DNA of 64,000 nucleotides. Origin: a virus. The translations under genes were made by a program, and so were the position numbers. Where the stretch lies: positions 93,323 through 157,322 of the IMG/VR virus record IMGVR_UViG_3300033405_000004. The stretch is one strand, 5' to 3'. Of the stretch, positions 53,417 through 62,104 are shown piece after piece. The notes beneath the pieces were generated by a model. The model was not told the DNA's origin. It was given only the letters and a program-made list of their open reading frames with translations, and did no database searches. Within the stretch, counting starts at the first letter, position 1, and each line of letters begins with the position of its first letter.

Positions 53417-55555
53417 ATGGCATCGCAAAACTTCCCAGGCGTTTACACCCAGATCATCGACCAGTCGTTCAACAGCGGGCTCACCAGCCGGTTCACCTGC
53501 GGCATGGTGGGGATCGCCTCCCAGGGGCCGTTCAACCAAGCGGTCAGCTGCCCGTCGATCGGGGATTTCGTCAGGCAGTTCGGCACCGGGCTGTCAGGCT
53601 CCTTCCTCGCTGAGGCCGTGGCGTCCATCGCCGCGACCTCCGACGGCTCCTACGTCGTGCGCGTCGGCACCCAGTATGAGAGCGCTGCGGATGGCGCCAA
53701 GGGCGCCGCGGGCTCCTTCACTCTCCTCACCCCCAACTGGCAGCGGTTCAACCCGGGCGACTACATCGACGTCACCCAGGTCGGCTCGGCCAGCACGGTC
53801 AACGCGGTCGTCGCCAGCGTCGGGTCGGCCACCGTGGTCGCCGGCGTCGGCACCCTCACCCTGGTCAGTGCCGGGGCGCAGGCCGTTCCGCTCGCCGCGA
53901 ACTACACGGGCGCCCAGGTTGGCATCTCCGAATACGTCGACGGCGAAAGCGTGGTGGACTCGGCCTTCCAGGCGGAGGCCTTCCTTGACGCGCCGTCCTA
54001 CGGGACCGTCATCGGCGGGGTCACCGTCATCAGCGGCTACAAGAGCACCTACAGCTTCACCGTCGTCGGCTCGGGCTCGATCTCGCCCGGCGACGTGCTC
54101 AAGATCACCCAGACGGGGCGGGTCGCCACCCGCGAGATCGTGGTCACCGACGTCGACCCGGTCACGAATGTCGTCAGCATCGAGACGAACACCAACACCC
54201 AGACGGGCCAGCAGGCCCTCCCGCTGCAGGACAACTACACCAGCGGCTCCGTCCAGAAGATGGTCTCCCCGACCGGCGGCGGCGTGGCCCTCCACCTGGT
54301 CGCGGCCACGGCGGGCACGTGGGCCAACACCGTCGGCAACGCCGGCCTCACCGTGCAGGTAGCGCCCGGCTCCTCGCCCGACACCAAGAAGCTCATCGTC
54401 TACCAGAACGCGACCGTCCAGGAGGTCGTGGACAACCTGTCCATGGACCCGACGAGCGACAACTACTACGCCACGGTGCTCGCGCAGGGCAACGACGCTT
54501 ACATCACCTGCCTCGCTGTCCTCACCGCCGAGCCGCCCAGCAACACCCTCGCCCCGTGGGACCTCGCCGACTACACGGCGTCCAACACGGCGTCGTTCGC
54601 CAACGGCTTCAACGGTGAGAACGTGGGCGACGCCGACTACGTCGGCACCATCGACGAGGACGACAACCGCACCGGCCTCAAGGTCTACGATGACCCGGAC
54701 AACGCCCTCGCCGCGGTCCTCGCCGTCCCCGGCGTCTCCAGCCAGGCGGTGATCCAGGAGCTGAACCGCATCGCCCGCGACATCAACGCGGTGGCGATCG
54801 TGGACATCCCCGACAACCTCAACGGGCGCGAGGCCATCGACTGGTCCAGCGCAGCCGGCCCCTACTCCGACACCGCCCTCGTCGACAGCTACACCGTCGC
54901 CTTCTTCTGGAACTGGTTCCAGGCCGTCAACCCGTTCACGGGCGCCGTGGAGTTCATGCCGCCCACGGTCGGCGTGCTCGGCGCGATGGCCGTCGTCTTC
55001 GACCAGTACGGCCCGTGGTTCGCCACGGCTGGCATGGTGCGCGGCCTCCTGCCGCAGGCCAGCGCCGTCCGCTACCCGCGCGTCTCCGAGGACGTCAAGC
55101 AGGCCATGCAGGCCCCCGGGAACTGCGTCAACCCGATCCTCCTGTACCGGGGCGCCACGATCCTCATCTGGGGCGACCGCACGACCCAGCGCGAGGACTC
55201 CAAGCTCCAGGCCCTCCACACGATCAACCTGGTCAACTACATCCTGGCGCAGATGTCCAACATCGCCCGCCGGTTCGTGTTCGACCCGAACGACACCGTC
55301 CTGCTGCAGCAGCTCACGCTGGAGTTCACGACGCTCCTCAACGCGGTCCAGACGGGCCGCGGGCTGGAGCAGTACCTCCTCACCTGCGACAGCACCAACA
55401 ACACGGCCGCGACGCGCAACCAGCGCGAGGTCATCGTGGACCTGCAGATCATCCCGACGGACGTGGCGGAGCGCATCTTCATCAATGTCACGGTCAACCA
55501 GTCCGGCGCGCAGCTCAACGCCATCTCCGGCACGCCGCCGCCCGCCGCCGGCTGA
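53417..55555 (+). CDS. Tail sheath protein
   Basis: FPGVYTQIID, PWFATAGMVRG, VNPI, IWGDRT, FVFDPND, CDSTNNT. Confidence 0.95.
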   Translation: MASQNFPGVYTQIIDQSFNSGLTSRFTCGMVGIASQGPFNQAVSCPSIGDFVRQFGTGLSGSFLAEAVASIAATSDGSYVVRVGTQYESAADGAKGAAGSFTLLTPNWQRFNPGDYIDVTQVGSASTVNAVVASVGSATVVAGVGTLTLVSAGAQAVPLAANYTGAQVGISEYVDGESVVDSAFQAEAFLDAPSYGTVIGGVTVISGYKSTYSFTVVGSGSISPGDVLKITQTGRVATREIVVTDVDPVTNVVSIETNTNTQTGQQALPLQDNYTSGSVQKMVSPTGGGVALHLVAATAGTWANTVGNAGLTVQVAPGSSPDTKKLIVYQNATVQEVVDNLSMDPTSDNYYATVLAQGNDAYITCLAVLTAEPPSNTLAPWDLADYTASNTASFANGFNGENVGDADYVGTIDEDDNRTGLKVYDDPDNALAAVLAVPGVSSQAVIQELNRIARDINAVAIVDIPDNLNGREAIDWSSAAGPYSDTALVDSYTVAFFWNWFQAVNPFTGAVEFMPPTVGVLGAMAVVFDQYGPWFATAGMVRGLLPQASAVRYPRVSEDVKQAMQAPGNCVNPILLYRGATILIWGDRTTQREDSKLQALHTINLVNYILAQMSNIARRFVFDPNDTVLLQQLTLEFTTLLNAVQTGRGLEQYLLTCDSTNNTAATRNQREVIVDLQIIPTDVAERIFINVTVNQSGAQLNAISGTPPPAAG

Positions 55556-55583
55556 ACGTAGTTAGCCCAGAGGGGTTCCACCG

Positions 55584-56222
55584 ATGCCACAAATCACCAT
55601 TCCGAGCAAGAACAGATGGGGTGCCGCGTACTCCAATCAGGACCAGCAGCGCAGCGACCTCTTCTACGTCAGCCTCAACTACCCGGCGGCGCTGGGCCAG
55701 GGCTCCAGCAACGTGTGGGAGAGCGACATCGCGTTCGCGGTCGAGCAGTTCCCGTTCCCGGCCCGCGACCGGGAGATGATCGGGATCAAGTACCTTCAGC
55801 AGACGAACTTCCAGATCGGCCGCGACGAACCCACCCCTGCCCTCGACATGCAGGTCCGCTACGCCTTCAACCGGCGCACGGCCGAGCTGCTGGAGCAGTG
55901 GCACTGGCTCATCTCGAACCCCCTGACCGGCGGCGTCGCCATCACCAGTGCCGTCAAGGCGGACGGCTACTTCTTCTGGGTCGTGCCCAGCATGGCCGCC
56001 GTGTTCGACGTGACCAACCCCGCCAACGTCACGGCGGCGCTCGCCGCGGGCCCGAAGATCTTCCTCGAAGGCTGCCTGCCCAAGAACCTCAAGCCGACGG
56101 ACGCCAACATGACCACCTCCGGGCTGGTCAACCTCACCTTCACCCTCCAGATCGACCGTTACTACCCGCTCCGGCCGTCCGACCTGACCTACACGGCGAA
56201 CAACGTCTCCAGCGTCGCCTGA
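55584..56222 (+). CDS. Tail tube protein
   Basis: Follows the sheath. LEQW..LEGCLP..TFTLQID. Confidence 0.85.
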   Translation: MPQITIPSKNRWGAAYSNQDQQRSDLFYVSLNYPAALGQGSSNVWESDIAFAVEQFPFPARDREMIGIKYLQQTNFQIGRDEPTPALDMQVRYAFNRRTAELLEQWHWLISNPLTGGVAITSAVKADGYFFWVVPSMAAVFDVTNPANVTAALAAGPKIFLEGCLPKNLKPTDANMTTSGLVNLTFTLQIDRYYPLRPSDLTYTANNVSSVA

Positions 56223-56268
56223 GCGATGTTTACGTTTCCAAGGGTGCCTGGAAGTAGTTCTTCTAGGC

Positions 56269-57051
56269 ATGCCCATCAAAACGAATCTGAAGAGCCTCGA
56301 TCCCTCCCGCGAGCGGTTCAAGAGGTCCGTCCCGTTGCTTTCTCGGGGCTACTCCGCCCCTGATCTGTTCCCCGGCGGCAGCGTCACCGTCTACCCTTGG
56401 GACACCGAGGTGTCCGCCTGGCTGGCCGCCAACCGGGGCCTCCAGGCGGGGCGCATCCTCTACACGCTGGCCGGGAGGCTGACCGGCTTCACCGACAAGC
56501 AGGTTGAGAAGATCGTCTCCGGCGAGGTCATCCTCATCCTCCTCGTGGCCCGCGCGGCGGTGACCAACCAGACCATACAGTACACGGCCCGGTGCCCGTT
56601 CTGCGGGACCACGGAAAGGTGCACCGTCACCGTCCCCGACGACATGGAAAAGCTCGGCGAGAAGGCCGAGGGCTACCCGGGCTGGGACGAGATCACGCTG
56701 CCGGCGACCAAGGATGTCCTCAGGATCAGGCCGCTCCTCGTCGGCGACGAAATCGCCGTGTCCGAGCGGTTGCCGGAGAAGGGGCTGGACCTCTCGGAGA
56801 CCGGCGCCCGGCTCCTCACCGGCCTCCTCAGCGTGAACGGCGGCGTCCCCGAAAGCATCGAGGAGCGCGTCACGTACTACCGCGCGCTGCCCCCGGAGGA
56901 CCTCCAGTTCTACGTCGACCAGGCCGACAAGCTCACGCCGCACCTGAACACGCAGTTGAAGCACGCGTGCCCGAACCCGGCCTGCAAGCGCGTCTTCACG
57001 CACGAGCTGGCCCTCGACGAAGAGTTTTTTCGTCCGAGCCGCCTCGGATGA
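56269..57051 (+). CDS. Tail/baseplate assembly chaperone (gp26-like, two Cys pairs)
   Basis: CPFCG, LRIRPL, CPNPAC, EEFFRP end. Confidence 0.8.
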   Translation: MPIKTNLKSLDPSRERFKRSVPLLSRGYSAPDLFPGGSVTVYPWDTEVSAWLAANRGLQAGRILYTLAGRLTGFTDKQVEKIVSGEVILILLVARAAVTNQTIQYTARCPFCGTTERCTVTVPDDMEKLGEKAEGYPGWDEITLPATKDVLRIRPLLVGDEIAVSERLPEKGLDLSETGARLLTGLLSVNGGVPESIEERVTYYRALPPEDLQFYVDQADKLTPHLNTQLKHACPNPACKRVFTHELALDEEFFRPSRLG

Positions 57052-57205
57052 CGAGGAGTCCCGCTGGCGGCAGCTCCACGCCCTCGCCTACCGGGGCCAG
57101 GGCTTCACCATCGCCTTGAACGACCTTCCCGACCGGGTGATAAAATGGCTGCTCGACTGGACCAGGGAGACGGACGAGAAGGTGGAGGCGCGGGCGCGCC
57201 GCTAG
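57025..57205 (+). CDS. Frameshift-accessed C-terminal extension of the tail chaperone
   Basis: +1 frame FVRAASDDEESRWRQLHALAY...ARR* has strong codon bias, no start codon, and begins at GAG TTT TTT C. Confidence 0.65.
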
Positions 57206-58041
57206 GGGCCGCCGCCATCTTCGACAGCCAGTCGCTGTACACCCGCGCCTGGTTCGCGGCCCGCGGCAGCGAGGAGCTGGAGGATCTCTCCTCCTGCGAC
57301 GCCGCCGCCTGCGCCTCCCTCAAAATCCTCTGCTCGCTGCTCGGCCGGGGAGGCAGGCTCCCCCTGGAGCCGCGGCGCCTCCTGTTCTGCTGGGACGGGG
57401 AGAAGCGCAAGACCGAGAAGCCCCGCGAGTCGAAGCCGGACGAGTTCGACGGCGACAAGCGGTACTTCCGCAAGCTGATCGGGTACCTCTTCCGGGGCGC
57501 CGCGCAGGTCGTGGCCGAGGCCGAGGCCGACGACGCCGTGGCCACCGCGGCCTACCGCGAGGCGGCCGCCGGGGGGCGGGCCGTGGTCGTGTCGGGCGAC
57601 AAGGACCTCCAGCAGCTCCAGCGCTCCTCCATCCGCTATTACTGCCTCAACGCGAAGGCGGAGCTCGATTTCTTGGCGATATGCGATCGGTGGCATGTCG
57701 GACACCCCCGGGAGGTTTCCGTGGCCCTGGCGGTCATCGGAGACCCCAAGGACGGCATCCTGGGGGTGAATGGGCTCGGCCCGAAAAAGTTCAGCGCCCT
57801 GCGTGACCGGTTCCCCCGCCAGATCCCGCTGGGCGACCTGGTGGAGGGCATCATGGCCGCGCTCCCCGCCGCCCAGGCGGGGGAGTTCGCCGGGAGCCTT
57901 GAGGCCACGCTCCTCCGGGCCGACATCCCGTCCGTGCCCAGGCCGGCGCCGTGGAGGCCGGCCCCGCTGGAGGTCTTCGACCGGGTCGGCGGCCTCGGGC
58001 GCATGCGGAGCGACTGGGCCCGCCTCATCGGCCGGTGCTAG
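57145..58041 (+). CDS. 5'-3' exonuclease (FEN/T4 RNase H-like)
   Basis: EADDAVAT, VSGDKDLQQL, GDPKDGILGVNGLGPK. Confidence 0.9.
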   Translation: MAARLDQGDGREGGGAGAPLGAAAIFDSQSLYTRAWFAARGSEELEDLSSCDAAACASLKILCSLLGRGGRLPLEPRRLLFCWDGEKRKTEKPRESKPDEFDGDKRYFRKLIGYLFRGAAQVVAEAEADDAVATAAYREAAAGGRAVVVSGDKDLQQLQRSSIRYYCLNAKAELDFLAICDRWHVGHPREVSVALAVIGDPKDGILGVNGLGPKKFSALRDRFPRQIPLGDLVEGIMAALPAAQAGEFAGSLEATLLRADIPSVPRPAPWRPAPLEVFDRVGGLGRMRSDWARLIGRC

Positions 58042-60953
58042 GCCAGGGTCACCTGGATGCCCACCATCGGGGCGACGTTGGTGATCGCGGCGCCCGTCGG
58101 GAAGCTGGTGGGGAGGGCCCCCGCCCCCACGCCTGTCAGCTTCCAGCCGATGTAGCTGGCAACCCCGCCGCCCGACGCCCAGCCCGGCATGTACGGGTTG
58201 GGGCCGACGATGGTGCGGAGCTGCGAGGGCGTGGTGCCGAGGGAATCCACCTTGAGAACGATCCAGTAGAGGCCGGGGCGCAGCCAGTTGGTGAGGTTTG
58301 CGACCGTCTTAACGCCGGCCGTGGTTCCGAGGGCGAACGCGCCGCCCGCGGTCATCTCCGTCCGCAGGTTCTGCGGGTAGCCGTTGTACATGACGTCGTC
58401 GTAGAAGCCAAGCCGCACGTTGGCGCCCGACGTCGTCGGCGCGTTCATCTGCTCGACGATGAAGTTCTGCCACTCCTCGTTGGCCTCCGTCACCATGAAG
58501 GGCGTGGCGAACGTGTCGCCGGCGACGGACACGTAGTTCGAACCGGTGCCGCAGCCTTCCACCGTGTAGTATTGGCCCGAACTGATGATGTTGCGCTTGT
58601 TGTAGGGGAGCAGGGCGAGTGGGGTCTGGAGCTCCACCTGGCCGAGCGGGACGTAGTCCGTGGCTGGCGGCGCCAGCTTTTGGATGCCCTGCACCACCGC
58701 CTGCACGATGCGGCTGGAGCCCAGTTCGTTCGGGTGGAACCCGTCGTAAGCGGTGTAGGAGTAGACGCCCGGCGGGAGCGCGCTGCCGCCGTAGCCGAAC
58801 GCGGGATCGAGGTCCACGTACTGCACCATCGAGTCGAATAGGGCCACCGTGGACACCATGGTCTGGTTGAGTGCCGTCACGTCGGCGTCCGCCGCCGCGT
58901 GGTTGGATGGGATGGCGCCGGAGAAGTCGGTGTTGGTGGCGTAGTTGGCGTAGCCATTCTGTATCCGCCCGAGCGAGAACTGGATGCCGGTGGCGGCCTT
59001 GAGCGCGTTGGCCGACATCGTCACCGAGCCGGCGGTGTTGACGATGGCGACCGTCTCGCCGGGGGGTAGCGCGCCCTGGGCGTCCAGCTCTATGATGGAG
59101 GCGCCCGTGTCCTTGGGGTTGGCGGTGGAGAAGTTCGCCGAGGGCGACCAGAAGCTGAGGTTCGCGCCGGTCGTCGTGCCGTCGCCCAGCACCATGGGCA
59201 TGTAGCGGCAGTCGCAGTGGGGGACGTTGCAGACGATCACCGGGTCGGGCTTGGCGGACTCGATCCAGGCGGAGTCGATCTGGACGGTGCCCGAGATGGC
59301 CGTGACGGTGATGGTGATGTTCTGCCCGGCGTTGAGGGGCGAGAGGCCGTTCGCCGCCGCCGTGAACCGGATGGGGATCGGGCCGTGGGCGTCGAGCGTG
59401 GTCGAGTTCAGGTTCGTCGTCAGCCCGACGATGCCCGTCGTCCCGGCGACGGTGCCGCCCCAGGTCACGGTGCCGGCGGTCGCCCCGCTGGTGCCGACGA
59501 GCAGGAAGCAGATGGGCTCGCCCTTGTAGCCGAGGGGGATGGTGAACGTGGCGTTCGCGAGGTTCGTGGTGGTCGCCACCATGCCGTTCACCGAGCTCCA
59601 GTCGGCGTTGGCCGACCCGGCGCTCCACCCGGTGTTGAACGCCCACTGCGCCAGGCCGGCGCCCGCCGGGTAGATCGCGGAGGCTCGGATGCGGCTGATC
59701 GCCATCGTCAGGCAGTTTTGGAAGGTCGCCTGCATCAGGGGCTGCTGGGCGACGGTGAAGTTGCCTAGGTCGTTGATCCCGTAGATGATGACGGACAGGC
59801 CTCCGTAGCGGGCGAAGGGCCAGGCTTTCTTGTACCGGTTGATCTCGGTCAGGAACCGGACGAAGCCGCCCATCTGGCGCCCCTGCGAGCACAGGTTAGC
59901 CCCGGACCTGGCGTGGTTGCGCACGAGGTTGGGCTGCAGGTTCAGGGCGAGCGGCAGCTGCTGGCTCGGCATGGTGGCGAAGTTGGTGATCTGGTCGGGG
60001 CCCGTGAGGTAGTAGATGTCGTCGAACCAGGAGTGGCCCCACAGGTCCAGCTGCGTGGCGGGGCCGAGCGGGTAGCCCCAGGTCATGTTGCCGTAGCCGT
60101 CGTTGAGCGGCGCCCCGACCTTGTTGACCGGGTAGTTCTGGGCGGTGTTGGTCGGCAGATTGACGCCGGAGTAGTCGACCTCCCAGCTGCCGGCCGCGGT
60201 GGTGGTGCCGGTGCAGGCGAGGATGACCTGGGGGCCCATGCCGGTGCCCACGCTGCCCCCGCCGGTGCCGGTGCCGTTGACCCACACCGTCGCCCCGAGG
60301 TTGTTCACGATCGGGTTCGTCCCGTTCGAGTCGTTGTCGATTTCATATCGCTTCCCGACGTAGAGGGTGGTGGCGTTGGGCAGCGCGACCACCTGCGGCA
60401 GGGTCCCGTATATGATCGTGTTGTAGGGGCTCGCGGCGGTCAGCACCGTGGTGCCGCCGGCCGCCAGCACGGTCTGGAGGGTCTGGTCGGTGGCGCCTTG
60501 CGCCCCGGTTGCACCCTGGAAGCCCTGGGAGCCTTGGGAACCCGGGGAGCCTGGCGTGCCCGGCGTTCCCTGCGCGCCTGTGCTGCCCTGCAGCCCCTGG
60601 TAGCCTTGCGTGCCGGTGTTGCCCTGGAGGCCCTGGTACCCCTGCGGGCCGGTGTTCCCGACGAGACCCTGGTAGCCCTGGGTTCCGGTGCTCCCCTGGA
60701 GGCCTTGGAAGCCCTGTGCGCCAGTGCTGCCCTGGAGGCCCTGGTACCCCTGCGGGCCGGTGGCCCCCTGGTAGCCTTGGTAGCCCTGCGGCCCGGTGCT
60801 GCCCTGGAGGCCCTGGAAACCCTGGGTCAGGAGGTAGCCGGTGGCGCTGTAGACCTGCCACGCGCCGTCCACGTAGTTGGCCGAGCCGCTGCCGGGGATC
60901 GTGAGGCCGCCGAGCAGCTGGTTGGCCGCGTTGGTCCCGTTCGAGTAGAGCAT
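58038..60953 (-). CDS. Collagen-repeat fibre with an SGNH esterase domain
   Basis: GxQ/GxT repeats, WGHSW, YGIND, DGFHPN. Confidence 0.85.
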   Translation of the reverse strand: MLYSNGTNAANQLLGGLTIPGSGSANYVDGAWQVYSATGYLLTQGFQGLQGSTGPQGYQGYQGATGPQGYQGLQGSTGAQGFQGLQGSTGTQGYQGLVGNTGPQGYQGLQGNTGTQGYQGLQGSTGAQGTPGTPGSPGSQGSQGFQGATGAQGATDQTLQTVLAAGGTTVLTAASPYNTIIYGTLPQVVALPNATTLYVGKRYEIDNDSNGTNPIVNNLGATVWVNGTGTGGGSVGTGMGPQVILACTGTTTAAGSWEVDYSGVNLPTNTAQNYPVNKVGAPLNDGYGNMTWGYPLGPATQLDLWGHSWFDDIYYLTGPDQITNFATMPSQQLPLALNLQPNLVRNHARSGANLCSQGRQMGGFVRFLTEINRYKKAWPFARYGGLSVIIYGINDLGNFTVAQQPLMQATFQNCLTMAISRIRASAIYPAGAGLAQWAFNTGWSAGSANADWSSVNGMVATTTNLANATFTIPLGYKGEPICFLLVGTSGATAGTVTWGGTVAGTTGIVGLTTNLNSTTLDAHGPIPIRFTAAANGLSPLNAGQNITITVTAISGTVQIDSAWIESAKPDPVIVCNVPHCDCRYMPMVLGDGTTTGANLSFWSPSANFSTANPKDTGASIIELDAQGALPPGETVAIVNTAGSVTMSANALKAATGIQFSLGRIQNGYANYATNTDFSGAIPSNHAAADADVTALNQTMVSTVALFDSMVQYVDLDPAFGYGGSALPPGVYSYTAYDGFHPNELGSSRIVQAVVQGIQKLAPPATDYVPLGQVELQTPLALLPYNKRNIISSGQYYTVEGCGTGSNYVSVAGDTFATPFMVTEANEEWQNFIVEQMNAPTTSGANVRLGFYDDVMYNGYPQNLRTEMTAGGAFALGTTAGVKTVANLTNWLRPGLYWIVLKVDSLGTTPSQLRTIVGPNPYMPGWASGGGVASYIGWKLTGVGAGALPTSFPTGAAITNVAPMVGIQVTLA
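60494..60823 (-). repeat. Collagen-like coding repeat, mostly a 12-aa period (GxQ)3GxT
   Basis: Direct translation. The same unit recurs at 32210-32272 and 63875-64000. Confidence 0.9.
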
Positions 60954-60995
60954 GATGCACGATGACTGCGGCGCTGCCGCGCTGTGAATAGGGGC

Positions 60996-61385
60996 TCATT
61001 TTGCGGCGGTGGTGAGCTTGATCGCGTCCTGAATGGCCTTGGTCCACTTCGAGGGGCGCAACCGCTCGGTTTCGGCCAGCTTCTTGAAACACTCTCGGCA
61101 AAGCTCGGCGTCCTCGTCGGAAAGCTCGAACTCCGGGCCGTCCTGGTTGTTCCACGCCTGCTGGTTATTAACGTCGGTCTCGGTGGGGTTCGTCGGGCTG
61201 ATCCACGGCGCGGTGAGTTCCGGCAGGACTTCGCTCAGGAACTTCCCGGCGCGGTACATAAGCTGGTAGCCCTTGGCCCAGCCGTCGAGGTTGATGAGTT
61301 GCGAGAGGGTGATGATCGCCCCGTTCTTCAAGATGACTTTGCTCATGGCGGATAAGCCGATAGGCTTTTTGGCGCGGCTTGGCAA
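60996..61385 (-). CDS. Hypothetical protein (fibre-associated)
   Basis: Lies between fibre genes. The start may be ATG 61346. Confidence 0.6.
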   Translation of the reverse strand: MPSRAKKPIGLSAMSKVILKNGAIITLSQLINLDGWAKGYQLMYRAGKFLSEVLPELTAPWISPTNPTETDVNNQQAWNNQDGPEFELSDEDAELCRECFKKLAETERLRPSKWTKAIQDAIKLTTAAK

Positions 61386-61395
61386 TGCCTAAAAT

Positions 61396-62075
61396 TCACC
61401 TCTCATCGCCGCCGAGGTTGATGAAGCCGAGGAAATTGGCGGGGCCGGGGGTGCCGAGCGGGGTGCCGCAGCACAGGCGGGCGAACCGCTTGAACCACCA
61501 GTAGCCTTTCATGCACAGGCTGCGCCACAGGAGCACGGTCTGGTTCGCGTTCGTTTTGGGCCACGGCGAATGTCCCACCACTACGCGCACCCTCTGGCCG
61601 TCGGCGCGGGTGACCTGCGTGAGGTCGAGCCGGTCGGGCGCGCCATAGCTTTCGTCGAGCCAGTCGCCAAGGGCGATCTCCTCCTCGGTGCCGGCTTGCG
61701 CGAGCACGGTCGCGCCAAAGGCGAGGTTGCGGTTCGGCCCCTTGGAGGTCACGACGCGGACGCCGGGAACGGCGCCGACGCCCAGCGTGCCTGAGACCGT
61801 CACGTCATGCGCACCGTTGGCAAAATTGAGCGAATCTTGGGCGCCCTGCGCGACGGTAATGCTGGCGAGCGAGAACCCGCCCGCCCCGTCGCAAACCTTC
61901 AAGATCGCGTCATAAGCGGAAGACGCTGACGGGTTGCCGACGAGCGGAACGGGCGGCGCGGCGGGCGAGACAACTGGCGGGATCGGCCCCGCGTATTGCT
62001 GCGCGTTCGCGCCGCCATCGCCAATCGCCATGCCGTTCTCCGCGCCCAAGACCGAGAGAAAGTTGAATTGGCTCA
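61396..62075 (-). CDS. Hypothetical protein (MSQFNFLSV...)
   Basis: Open frame between fibre genes. Confidence 0.6.
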
Positions 62076-62104
62076 TCTTCGCGAAACGAGGTTGAGGTCG
62101 GTGC

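Noticed and set aside
60494-60823. 36-nt periodic repeat as a CRISPR array
   Set aside because: It is a collagen-coding repeat with synonymous variation and no unique spacers.
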